Positions 30,048 to 38,558 of a stretch of DNA of 64,000 nt are shown here, one piece after another (positions within the stretch are counted from its first letter, which is position 1; every line of letters begins with the position of its first letter). Both the position numbers and the translations under genes were made by a program. Location of the stretch: positions 2,625 through 66,624 of the forward strand of contig JBQCDV010000038.1 of assembly GCA_051960855.1 (NCBI GenBank), given 5' to 3'. Source of the stretch: Actinomycetales bacterium. GTDB lineage: Bacteria > Actinomycetota > Actinomycetes > JAJZTN01. Below the pieces are notes generated by a model that was given only the letters and a program-made list of their open reading frames with translations, made no database searches and was not told where the DNA came from.

Positions 30048-31101
30048 CGAGAGCCGCCGCGAAGGCGCTCACCGCCTTCCGCGCCTGGTCGAGGCTGAGG
30101 TCCTCGTGCTCGAGGATCGTGTAGCGGTCCGGGCGAGTCGAGGGCGCGAAGACGACCGCCTCAGCGAACTGCTCGTCCGACAGCCCGAGGTCCGCCGGTC
30201 GGCGTGGCAGCCCGTAGTGGCGCAGGCAGGAGTCGATCTGGTCCAGACGCAGCTCGTCGCCGCGCAGCCACGTCGCAAACAGCGCGCCGACTCCGGCGAG
30301 GTCGCCGTGGTGCGCCGTTCCGGGGTACAGCTGGTCGACGGCATGCAGGATCTCGTGGCAGGCCCCGCTGCATGGCCGGCTCGTGCCTGCCACGGCCATC
30401 GCCATGCCGGACAGGACCAGGGCTTCGGCGAGACTGGTCAGGAAGGCATCGCTGTCCAACGGGTCGCGCCGGTGGAGCACGCATTCGGCCGCGGTGCGCG
30501 CGAAGGTCACCGCGAGCCCGTCGATTGGCTCGTCACGCTCCCGTGCCGCCAGCTCCCAGTCGGCGATTGCCGAGAGGTTGCTGACCGCGTCGCCGATTCC
30601 GGAGCGCACCATCTCGACCGGCCCGCTGCGCACATAGTCGAGGTCGACGACGACGGCGAGCGGCATGGCGACTCCAAAGGAGCCCTTGCGCCCTCCCTCG
30701 GTCTCGAGGCTCGAGACCGGAGAGCAGATGCCATCGTGCGAGAGGTTGGTGGCCACGGCGACCATCGGCAGGCCCAGGCGCGTGGCGGCGAACTTTGCCA
30801 CGTCGAGGGTTCGCCCGCCGCCGATCCCGAGGACGGCGTCGTAGGAGTTGCCAGCGATCGCTGCGACGAGCGCGGTGGCAGCTTCGACGCTGCCGGAGGA
30901 GACCGTGAAGGCGTCCGCTGCTCCGAGCGTCGGCCGCACAGCCTCCAGAATCGCCTCGCCCTGCCCCGGTCCCACTGCGATGGCGACACGGCCGGACGTC
31001 GACACCCACTGCTCGGCGAGCAGGGTCCCGAGCTCGGCGACCGCTCCGGCTCGGACGTCGATGAACAGCGGGGAGGCGACCATCCGCGCCAGCAGCGGCA
31101 T
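30040..31101 (-). CDS. Iron-containing alcohol dehydrogenase family enzyme, sn-glycerol-1-phosphate dehydrogenase-like (AraM/EgsA family)
   Basis: 'AVLGIGGGRTLDVAKFAA' (GGGxxxDxAK) and 'GIGDAVSN ... ACHEILHAVD' are metal/NAD(P) motifs of the G1PDH / glycerol-DH / DHQS-like fold. Start at the internal ATG (MPLLARM), which overlaps the upstream stop by 1 nt. Confidence 0.65.
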   Translation of the reverse strand: MPLLARMVASPLFIDVRAGAVAELGTLLAEQWVSTSGRVAIAVGPGQGEAILEAVRPTLGAADAFTVSSGSVEAATALVAAIAGNSYDAVLGIGGGRTLDVAKFAATRLGLPMVAVATNLSHDGICSPVSSLETEGGRKGSFGVAMPLAVVVDLDYVRSGPVEMVRSGIGDAVSNLSAIADWELAARERDEPIDGLAVTFARTAAECVLHRRDPLDSDAFLTSLAEALVLSGMAMAVAGTSRPCSGACHEILHAVDQLYPGTAHHGDLAGVGALFATWLRGDELRLDQIDSCLRHYGLPRRPADLGLSDEQFAEAVVFAPSTRPDRYTILEHEDLSLDQARKAVSAFAAALDG

Positions 31102-31874
31102 CAGCTGCCCCGTGTCGCGACGATGCCGGCAGCGATGCCCTGCGCGCGGGCCAAGTCGTCGTGGTTGTCGATCTCGACCCAGTCCACGTGTCCGATCGGC
31201 GCCACGTCGACCCGCACACCGCGGTCGGCGAGCTCCTGGTAGCCGTCCTCGTAGTACAGCTGGGGGTCGCGCTCCCACGTGGCCTGCAGCGCGGCGACGA
31301 GGTCGTCCACCACGGGCGGCTCGATCAGCGTGACACCGATGTACTCACCGGTCGCGTCCTCCGGAGGCATCAGCTTGGTGATGCGGCGCACGCCCTGGCC
31401 CTCAGACCAGACGACCTTCATCTCCTCGTCGGCGAGCGACTTCTCGGTATCCAGCGCGAGGACCAGACCCGGACCGGGCAGGGTCCCCTTCGCGGCGAGC
31501 AGGGTGTGCTCGACCGACACCGGGTGCACGGTGTCGCCGTTGGCCAGCACCACCCCCTGGGCGAGGAGGTCACGAGCGCACCAGAGCGAGTAGCAGTTGT
31601 TCCACTCCTCGGCCTTGTCGTTGTGGACGAGCTCCAGCTGGACGCCGTAGCGCTCCTCGAGAGCCTGCTGCCTCGCGGCCACCTGGTCCGCGGCGTAGCC
31701 GACGACGACGGCGACGTCGGTGAGCCCGACCGCTGCGAAGTTCGCCAGCGTCAGGTCCAGCACCGTCGTCTCCTGCTCCGTGCCCGCGCCGATCGGCACC
31801 AGGGTCTTGGGCAGGGTGTCTGTCCACGGACGCAGCCGGCGTCCGGCCCCTGCCGCGAGCACGAGTCCGATCAT
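31101..31874 (-). CDS. Sugar/polyol-phosphate nucleotidyltransferase (LicC-like NTP_transferase)
   Basis: 'MIGLVLAAGAGRRLRPWTDTLPKTLVPIG' is a glycine-rich NTP_transferase N-terminus. About 257 aa. Confidence 0.75.
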   Translation of the reverse strand: MIGLVLAAGAGRRLRPWTDTLPKTLVPIGAGTEQETTVLDLTLANFAAVGLTDVAVVVGYAADQVAARQQALEERYGVQLELVHNDKAEEWNNCYSLWCARDLLAQGVVLANGDTVHPVSVEHTLLAAKGTLPGPGLVLALDTEKSLADEEMKVVWSEGQGVRRITKLMPPEDATGEYIGVTLIEPPVVDDLVAALQATWERDPQLYYEDGYQELADRGVRVDVAPIGHVDWVEIDNHDDLARAQGIAAGIVATRGS

Positions 31875-31887
31875 GATGCGGATTCTC

Positions 31888-33708
31888 CTATTCGTCGCTG
31901 TCGCGAGTGTTGCTGGCGTGCATGTCCCTGTGTGGCCTCACCGTGCGGACATGGCTGCCCGAGTCTGCCGTGGCCCGAGCCGGCCGGGCGCTGCCGGGTC
32001 GCACGACGGGTCGCACGACGGGGCGGCGGCGCGGGGCGGTCTCGCGGAACCTGCGCGAGGCCCCCGCCACCACGCAGGCCGCCACCCACGCTGTCAGAGC
32101 CACCAAAGCGGTGACGCCGAGCCGCCCCCCGCCGAACGCGGCGACCCACACCAGCGCAAGTCGCCCGACAGCACCGAGAGTCGCCGCCTGCGGCGGCCAG
32201 ACGGGCAGCCGGGGCGCGGCCGTGAGTCGGTACACGACGTCGTAGTGCCGCTGCGCGAGGACCAGGACGAGCACGAACGCCGCTGCGGGGGCGTGCCGAC
32301 CGCCCGGATCGCGCGCGAGGAGGACGCCGAGCAGCCCGACCGCGGCGTACTCGACGGCGCGGAGCGCGGCGGGCGCCAACCACCACCAGCGCACGAGGGC
32401 GGCGCCACGCGGCAGCCGCGGACCGGTCGGGGCGAGGTCGGCCATCGACGCCAGCACGGCTGCGATGGACTGCGCCGCGCTCTCGCCGGGGGCCGGTCGG
32501 CGCAGGGCGCGCAGGAGCCGACCTCCGACGGTCCAGGCGGCAGCGAGCAGGCCGAGGACGAGCAGCGCGACGAAGACGACTCGGGCGTTCGTGACGGCGG
32601 CGAGCACCGCGATGAGCAGCCAGCGCTCACCGATGGGCAGCGCGAGCACGCGACGCAGCGCCACCCCTCTGGTGCTGGCCATGCGTCCGGAGAACAGCTC
32701 CGCCGGTGCGGACTCGTCCACTCGAGTGGCATCCGCGACCGCAGCGGCGGCCGTGGGTTCGGGCGCGGGCCCGGGTCCGGGTTCAGGCGCGGGTCCGGGT
32801 TCGGGCGCGGGTCGTGCCCTGTCCACGGCGCTGAGATGGAAGCCGAAGTCGGCGACGTGGCGGGCGGTCTGCAGCGCGATGCACAGCGTCGCCAGCAGCC
32901 AGACGTCATGACCCTGCCGAGCGGCCCCATAGGCGAGGCCGCCGTAGACGACGAACTCCTTGAGCCGGTCGAGGGCCGCATCCAGCCACGCGCCGCGCTC
33001 GGAGTAGGAGACGGCGTAGCGGGCGAGCTGCCCGTCGACGCAGTCGAGCGCGAACGACAGCTCGAGCAGGAGCGCGCCGACCACCATCCACACCCTCACC
33101 CCCGTCCCGAACGCCGCAGCGGTGGCGAGCGCGGTCAGCAGGGCGAGCCAGGTCACGGCGTCGGGCGTCAGACGCCGGCGGGCGAACCACCGTGCGAGAT
33201 AGCGCGACCACGGGCTGATGGCGGCGCTGGTGAAGACTCCGTCGGCGGACTTCACTGCCGACCGGAGGCGCACCGCCTCCTCGTCCACGGTGTCGCAGGC
33301 GGCGACGGCGGCGGCCGCAGCCTCGGCGGTCGGGGCGGCTGTCGACACCAGCGGTTCCGGCACGGGGCGTGTGGGGGTCAGCCCTGAGGTGACGAGGGCC
33401 GCGGTGAGGGAATCCGGCAGGAGGGAGCCCGCCTCGGCAGCCGCGAGGTCGAGAGCGGGCCGGTGCTCCGGGTCGACGGAGAGCAGACCACCTGCGGCGC
33501 GCACGCCGCGGCGTTCGTCACGCAGCAGCAGCCGGAGGGCGTGGTCGTGCCCGACCCACGCGCCGTCTACCAGCACCACGGTCTCAGCCGGGTCGACCCG
33601 ACCGAGCGTTTGCGGGTCCGACGACACCCTCACGTCGCGGACTCGACCCCCTCCCACGAGGCGGACGCGATGACGCAGCTCGCCAGGGTCGGAGGAGCCA
33701 CGCGGCAC
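31888..33708 (-). CDS. Three-part membrane protein: an N-terminal cytoplasmic domain of unknown function, a CDP-alcohol phosphatidyltransferase domain, and a C-terminal multi-TM domain
   Basis: The central 'DCVDGQLARYAVSYSERGAWLDAALDRLKE' is a second CDP-OH-phosphotransferase signature. A Pro/Glu/Gly/Ala linker follows (PAPEPGPAPEPGPGPAPEP, 32756-32818), then a hydrophobic C-terminal third. Confidence 0.7.
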   Translation of the reverse strand: MPRGSSDPGELRHRVRLVGGGRVRDVRVSSDPQTLGRVDPAETVVLVDGAWVGHDHALRLLLRDERRGVRAAGGLLSVDPEHRPALDLAAAEAGSLLPDSLTAALVTSGLTPTRPVPEPLVSTAAPTAEAAAAAVAACDTVDEEAVRLRSAVKSADGVFTSAAISPWSRYLARWFARRRLTPDAVTWLALLTALATAAAFGTGVRVWMVVGALLLELSFALDCVDGQLARYAVSYSERGAWLDAALDRLKEFVVYGGLAYGAARQGHDVWLLATLCIALQTARHVADFGFHLSAVDRARPAPEPGPAPEPGPGPAPEPTAAAAVADATRVDESAPAELFSGRMASTRGVALRRVLALPIGERWLLIAVLAAVTNARVVFVALLVLGLLAAAWTVGGRLLRALRRPAPGESAAQSIAAVLASMADLAPTGPRLPRGAALVRWWWLAPAALRAVEYAAVGLLGVLLARDPGGRHAPAAAFVLVLVLAQRHYDVVYRLTAAPRLPVWPPQAATLGAVGRLALVWVAAFGGGRLGVTALVALTAWVAACVVAGASRRFRETAPRRRPVVRPVVRPGSARPARATADSGSHVRTVRPHRDMHASNTRDSDE

Positions 33709-33737
33709 GATGACGACGACGGTCAGCAGGGACTCCG

Positions 33738-35441
33738 GTGTCAGCAGGGCAGTCGGGGCGGTCTCGCAAGGGTTGGCGGGGCTGGCCTGCCATCGTAGGG
33801 GCCGTGAGCGGACCGCCCGACGTCCCTGCCGCTGTCCCGGCTGCTGTCTCTGCCGCTGTCCCAGTCGGCCCCCCAGCTGACGACGTCGTCAGCGTCGTCG
33901 TCAGCGTTGTCGTCATCGTCTACAACGACGCCGCGCGGCTCCCAGCCGCCGTCGCCTCCGCGCTCGCCCAGCAGCTGCCCCGGCCAGCCGCGGAGGCGGA
34001 CCACGCGGCAGCGCGGCCGGTTCTCGAGGTCGTCGTCGTCGACGACGCGTCGACCGACGCCACACCGCAGGTGTGCGCGGAGCTGGCCGCCGACCCGCGC
34101 GTGAGGGTCCTGCGTCGCAGTGCCAACAGCGGCGGCTGCTCGGCCCCCCGCAACGACGGCATGGAAGCCGCGCGCGGTCGCTGGGTGATGTTCCTCGACA
34201 GCGACGATGTCCTGCCGCCGGGCGCTGTCGCAGCACTGGTGGGCGCCGGCGAAGCCAGCCACGCCGACGTCGCCAGCGGTCTGTGCCAGCGCGTGTACCT
34301 CGACAGTGGCGCGGTCCGGCCGTGGTGCCCTGAGCTCTACTCGCGCCCTCGCATCCTTGCCGGCATCGACGACGAGCCCACGCTCTGGCGCGACAGCCTC
34401 AGCACCAACAAGGCCTACCGCCGCACCTTCCTCGAGCATCACCGGCTGCGGTTCCCGCTCGGCATGCACTTCGAGGACCTGGTCTTCTCCGCTCGCGTCT
34501 ACCTCGCCGCCTCGCGAATCGCCCTCGTCCCGGATCCTGTGTACCGCTGGCTGGTTGCGGGGGAGGACGTCCCTGCCGTCAGCATCTCGATGCGCCGGCA
34601 CTCCCTCGACAGCCTGAGGGATCGCGTCCGGGCGCACGAGCTGATCGACGAGGCGCTGGCGACCGCTCGCCCGGCTGACGCCCGGTTGCGGGCGGCCAAG
34701 GACGCGAAGTTCGTCGAGTCCGACCTGCGGCTCTACCTCGACGACCTGTGGCGCCGCGACGATGACTACCGGTCCGGCTTCCTCGAGCTGCTCCAGCCGT
34801 ACCTGCGCAGCGTGCCCGACTCGTCGTGGCGGCTGATGACGCCGCTGCCGCGGGAGGCGGCCGCCGCCGTGCGGGCGGGGGACCTCGACGCCGCACAGGA
34901 CGTCGTCGAGCGCCTCCGTCGCGCTGACCGTCGCTCCCTCACCTGTCTGGCCCGTCTCGACACGATCGACGAACGCCGCCCCGTCGCGTCCGTCGTGCTC
35001 GTCGGTGGCCCTGGTGAGGGCCCGGAGCGCCTGAGTGTCGACCTGGTGCCGGTTGTGGCTGGGCTGGCCGTCCCGCGGCGCGTATGGCTGCGGCGGCCGG
35101 TGACGGCGCGGGCGGCTGACACCGAGCGGCGCCGCTGGGAGCTCGAGCTCGTGCCTCCGCCGGTGCTGCCGTTGCTGCCGGTGTCGTGGCGGCTCGCCGT
35201 CGCCGCACCGCCGCTGGTCGCGCCGCAGACCGTTGCCCCGCCGCGCCTCTGGCGTGAGCCGCCGACGGTGGGTCGCTGGACCTGGGACGTCAGCCGCGGC
35301 GGCGACGTTCAGCTGTCGGACGCGAGGTCGCGACGGTGGGAGCGCCGCGTCGACGCGTGGCGGCGCCGCTGGCGCTGGACGTCGACGGGTCGACTCGTGC
35401 TGGCGGGACGCAGCCGCCTCGGTCGTAGGGTGGCGCCATGA
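33738..35441 (+). CDS. Glycosyltransferase family 2 (paralogue of the GT2 domain of the 1345-aa fusion)
   Basis: '[24 protein letters not shown] ... VVVDDASTDATP ... FLDSDDVLPPGAVAAL' is near-identical at the nucleotide level to the 20217..24254 N-terminus. An alternative GTG start is at 33804. Confidence 0.75.
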   Translation: MSAGQSGRSRKGWRGWPAIVGAVSGPPDVPAAVPAAVSAAVPVGPPADDVVSVVVSVVVIVYNDAARLPAAVASALAQQLPRPAAEADHAAARPVLEVVVVDDASTDATPQVCAELAADPRVRVLRRSANSGGCSAPRNDGMEAARGRWVMFLDSDDVLPPGAVAALVGAGEASHADVASGLCQRVYLDSGAVRPWCPELYSRPRILAGIDDEPTLWRDSLSTNKAYRRTFLEHHRLRFPLGMHFEDLVFSARVYLAASRIALVPDPVYRWLVAGEDVPAVSISMRRHSLDSLRDRVRAHELIDEALATARPADARLRAAKDAKFVESDLRLYLDDLWRRDDDYRSGFLELLQPYLRSVPDSSWRLMTPLPREAAAAVRAGDLDAAQDVVERLRRADRRSLTCLARLDTIDERRPVASVVLVGGPGEGPERLSVDLVPVVAGLAVPRRVWLRRPVTARAADTERRRWELELVPPPVLPLLPVSWRLAVAAPPLVAPQTVAPPRLWREPPTVGRWTWDVSRGGDVQLSDARSRRWERRVDAWRRRWRWTSTGRLVLAGRSRLGRRVAP

Positions 35442-36418
35442 CGTGGTTGATCACTGGCGGAGCAGGCTTCATCGGGGCACATGTCGTCGCGGCGATGCGC
35501 GCGGCTGGAGAGAGCGTCGTGGTGCTCGACGATCTGTCGACGGGCAACCGCGAGAGCGTTCCGGGCGACGTGCCGTTCGTCGAGGCATCGGTGCTGGACC
35601 TCGAGGCCGTGCGCCAGGCGATGCGCGACCACGAGATCGACGGCGTCGTGCACATCGCCGCCAAGAAGCAGGTCGGCGAGTCCGTCGACAAGCCACTGGC
35701 GTACTACTGGGAGAACGTCGAAGGCCTGCGCCGGCTCCTGCAGGCGTGCGTGGACGAGGGCGTGGACCGCTTCCTCTTCTCGTCATCCGCCGCGGTGTAC
35801 GGCAACCCGCCCGTGTCCGTGGTCGAAGAGGACACTCCCTGCGCCCCAGAGAGCCCCTACGGCGAGACGAAGCTGATCGGGGAGTGGCTGCTGCGCGACG
35901 TCGCACGGGCCCACGGGCTGAAGTGGCTGGCACTGCGCTACTTCAACGTGGCGGGCGCCGCGGCTCCGGAGCTGGGAGACCCGGGTGTGTTCAACCTGAT
36001 CCCCATGGTCTTCGAGCGGCTGACCGACGGGAAGGCTCCGCTGATCTTCGGCGACGACTACCCGACGCCGGACGGGACCTGTATCCGCGACTACATCCAC
36101 GTCGCGGACATCGCCTCCGCCCACGTGGCTGCCGCCGCGGCCATTCGAGACGGTCGGGAGACCGCCGGTGTCCTCAACATCGGCCGGGGCGAGGGGGTAT
36201 CCGTCCGTGAGGTCGTCGACCTGGTCCTCGAGGTCACCGGCCGCACCGATGTTGACCCGGAGGTCGTCGGACGCCGGGCGGGTGACCCCGCCGCCTACGC
36301 CGCTTCCGGCCGTGCCATCCGGCAGCGGCTCGGCTGGGCGCCGCAGCACGACCTTCAGGACATGGTGAGCTCGGCGTGGGCGGGATGGGTCAGGCGCCAC
36401 CCCGACGCGCTTCGCTGA
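35438..36418 (+). CDS. galE: UDP-glucose 4-epimerase
   Basis: 'MTWLITGGAGFIGAHVV' and 'YGETKLIGE' are short-chain dehydrogenase/reductase (SDR) epimerase motifs. ATGA overlap with the upstream GT2. Confidence 0.85.
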   Translation: MTWLITGGAGFIGAHVVAAMRAAGESVVVLDDLSTGNRESVPGDVPFVEASVLDLEAVRQAMRDHEIDGVVHIAAKKQVGESVDKPLAYYWENVEGLRRLLQACVDEGVDRFLFSSSAAVYGNPPVSVVEEDTPCAPESPYGETKLIGEWLLRDVARAHGLKWLALRYFNVAGAAAPELGDPGVFNLIPMVFERLTDGKAPLIFGDDYPTPDGTCIRDYIHVADIASAHVAAAAAIRDGRETAGVLNIGRGEGVSVREVVDLVLEVTGRTDVDPEVVGRRAGDPAAYAASGRAIRQRLGWAPQHDLQDMVSSAWAGWVRRHPDALR

Positions 36419-38384
36419 GCTGCTCTCGCGCGGTCAGCTCTCGGACGCGCTGGTAGCGGCGGAGCGCCAGGGGATCGCCGTTCAGCTCTGGGGCGGGGGC
36501 CCAGCCGGGCCGCACGTCGGTCGCCGTCTCGAGGAACTTCTGCTCGTCTGCCTCCCACGTGTGTCCCAGGGAGTGCCGACACAGCACATAGCCCTGGCTC
36601 GTCGTGCGGTAGATCCCACCGCCCGCGTCGCGCACCGCAGTGAGCAGGTGCAGGTCGACGCCGCGTGGCTGAGGAGCCCAGCCGCCCACCGCCGCAAGGT
36701 CCTCTGCACGGATGAGGATGGTTCCGCCTGCCACCCACTCGACGTAGCGCTCCGGGCTCGCCTCGACGCGCCGGTGCAGCGTGCGGTCGGACGTCGCCAG
36801 GTACACCCATTCGACGAGCATCCCGGTCACCGTCGCTCCCGACCACGTCGAGGCTTGCACCAGGTCGGTGAGGTGATGCGGGCCGTACCAGTCGTCATCG
36901 TCGAGTTTCGCGAGGAATGCCCCGGACGCGGCGCGTGTGGCGTGCTGAAGGACGGTTCCCAGAGGGAGGTCCGCCGAGGCGGCAAGCATCTGGACCGCTA
37001 TGCCGCGTTCACGGAGGGGGGCCAGGAGCCGATCGAGCTCGGCGGCAGGCACGTCCAGGTCGTGCAAGGCCAGCACCAGCTCCAGTTCGCCATGGGCGGC
37101 GAAGTCCTGCCGGGCCACCGTGGCGAGGGCCAGGTCGAGGTAGGACAGGCGCCGGGTCGCCAGGAGGACTGAGACCGAGGGGCGGCGCGGGCCGAGGGCC
37201 CGCAGGCCGGCCCCGTCAAGGAGGCGACGCCATGCGCCGACTGTTGCGTGGTCGCGCAGAGCAGCCCTGCGCAGTTGCAAGGAGTGGAGCTCGCGCTCGT
37301 CGGGGCCGCCCTCACAGGCCTCGTGGCCTCTCGCATGCGGGGAGGCGAGCAACTCGGAAAGTTCAGCGCCTACGAGCCGGTTCACGGTCAGCGGCAGCCG
37401 GTCCCCCGAGATGGGTACCTGGGCGGCGGCGAGCTGTGTGATGAGTCGGGCGGCTGTGATTGGCGCGACGTCGCCCAGGGCGCTCACGTCCACAGACCGC
37501 AGCCTCCGGAGGGGATGCAGGTGTCGGAACGACAGGGGCGCTTGTCCTCGGCCGAGGTCGACGACGACCGCGTCGTCGTCGTCGACGACCCGGAGGCGTC
37601 CGTCGGTGACGAAGCGCCCGACACCGTGAATCTGATCCCGCTGAAAACCGTGGGGGTTGCAGGTGATGACGTCGACGGGCGGCACGCACTCGGACACGAG
37701 CAGCCGCGCGGGGCCGCCGTGCTGCTGCTCGTTCGGGTCCAGCTCGCCCACGCCCAGCACCACATCGAAGGGCGAGATGTGCGGGTTGTCGGATCGCCAG
37801 GTGTGGTGGGCGTTTGCCACGGTGCGAGCCGCAGAGTCCCCCGACACCCAGGCGAGGTCTACGCCGTCCTCAACACCGACGCGCATTCCCGCCAGCGGCA
37901 GGCGCCGGCGCCCGAGCTCGCTAGCCGCGAGCAGCGTTGACAGTACTGCGTGAACGCGGACGGCGGCTGGCAGCTGGACACGCAGCTGCACTCCGCGAGC
38001 GGGTGCGGGCAGCTGTTCGAGACTCGCCCGAACCGCTGGGCCCAGCCGGGGATCTGAGAGCGAGATGGCGCCTCCCCGGCCGACCCACGGCTCCTCGGTG
38101 ATGAGTTGTACGACACGACTCCGCCCGAGCGACGGCGCAACAGCAAGCAGCGTGCGAAGCTCGGCGAAGCTCGAACACGCGATGACCACGCGCTCCCAGG
38201 TCCGCGCGTAGTCCTCCAGCGCACCCACCGAAGGTGCGGGCCACTCGAGCCGCTGGCAGTCGGGGGGCAGGTCGGGTGCCCCCTTCTCGACTGCAAGGTC
38301 GCTCGCGCCCGCTAGGAGCAAGCACGTCCCAGCCTCGGCACCTGGTGAGGTCACGGCACACTCCCACGTGTTGCAGCCCGGCAT
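36390..38384 (-). CDS. Large glycosyltransferase: a ~400-aa N-terminal domain of unknown function plus a C-terminal GT2 domain
   Basis: C-terminal 'SVSVLLATRRLSYLDLALATVARQ ... FLAKLDDDDWYGPHHL' is GT-A with DxD. No motif was recognised in the N-terminal region. The 3' end overlaps galE by 29 bp. Confidence 0.6.
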   Translation of the reverse strand: MPGCNTWECAVTSPGAEAGTCLLLAGASDLAVEKGAPDLPPDCQRLEWPAPSVGALEDYARTWERVVIACSSFAELRTLLAVAPSLGRSRVVQLITEEPWVGRGGAISLSDPRLGPAVRASLEQLPAPARGVQLRVQLPAAVRVHAVLSTLLAASELGRRRLPLAGMRVGVEDGVDLAWVSGDSAARTVANAHHTWRSDNPHISPFDVVLGVGELDPNEQQHGGPARLLVSECVPPVDVITCNPHGFQRDQIHGVGRFVTDGRLRVVDDDDAVVVDLGRGQAPLSFRHLHPLRRLRSVDVSALGDVAPITAARLITQLAAAQVPISGDRLPLTVNRLVGAELSELLASPHARGHEACEGGPDERELHSLQLRRAALRDHATVGAWRRLLDGAGLRALGPRRPSVSVLLATRRLSYLDLALATVARQDFAAHGELELVLALHDLDVPAAELDRLLAPLRERGIAVQMLAASADLPLGTVLQHATRAASGAFLAKLDDDDWYGPHHLTDLVQASTWSGATVTGMLVEWVYLATSDRTLHRRVEASPERYVEWVAGGTILIRAEDLAAVGGWAPQPRGVDLHLLTAVRDAGGGIYRTTSQGYVLCRHSLGHTWEADEQKFLETATDVRPGWAPAPELNGDPLALRRYQRVRELTAREQLSEARRGGA

Positions 38385-38558
38385 GATCGGTGGTCGCCGC
38401 AGCGTAGCGAGGCCCTACCCTCGACTGTCGTGCCTCGTCGACGACTGCTCCCCTGGCGTTCCGGTGTCGAGTCCGCAATTGCCGTCGAGCCAACGAGCGC
38501 CTCTCGCCGGATCGATAGCCGCTGCTCGCGGCAGTGGCCCCTTCCCGTCCGCGTTGGC

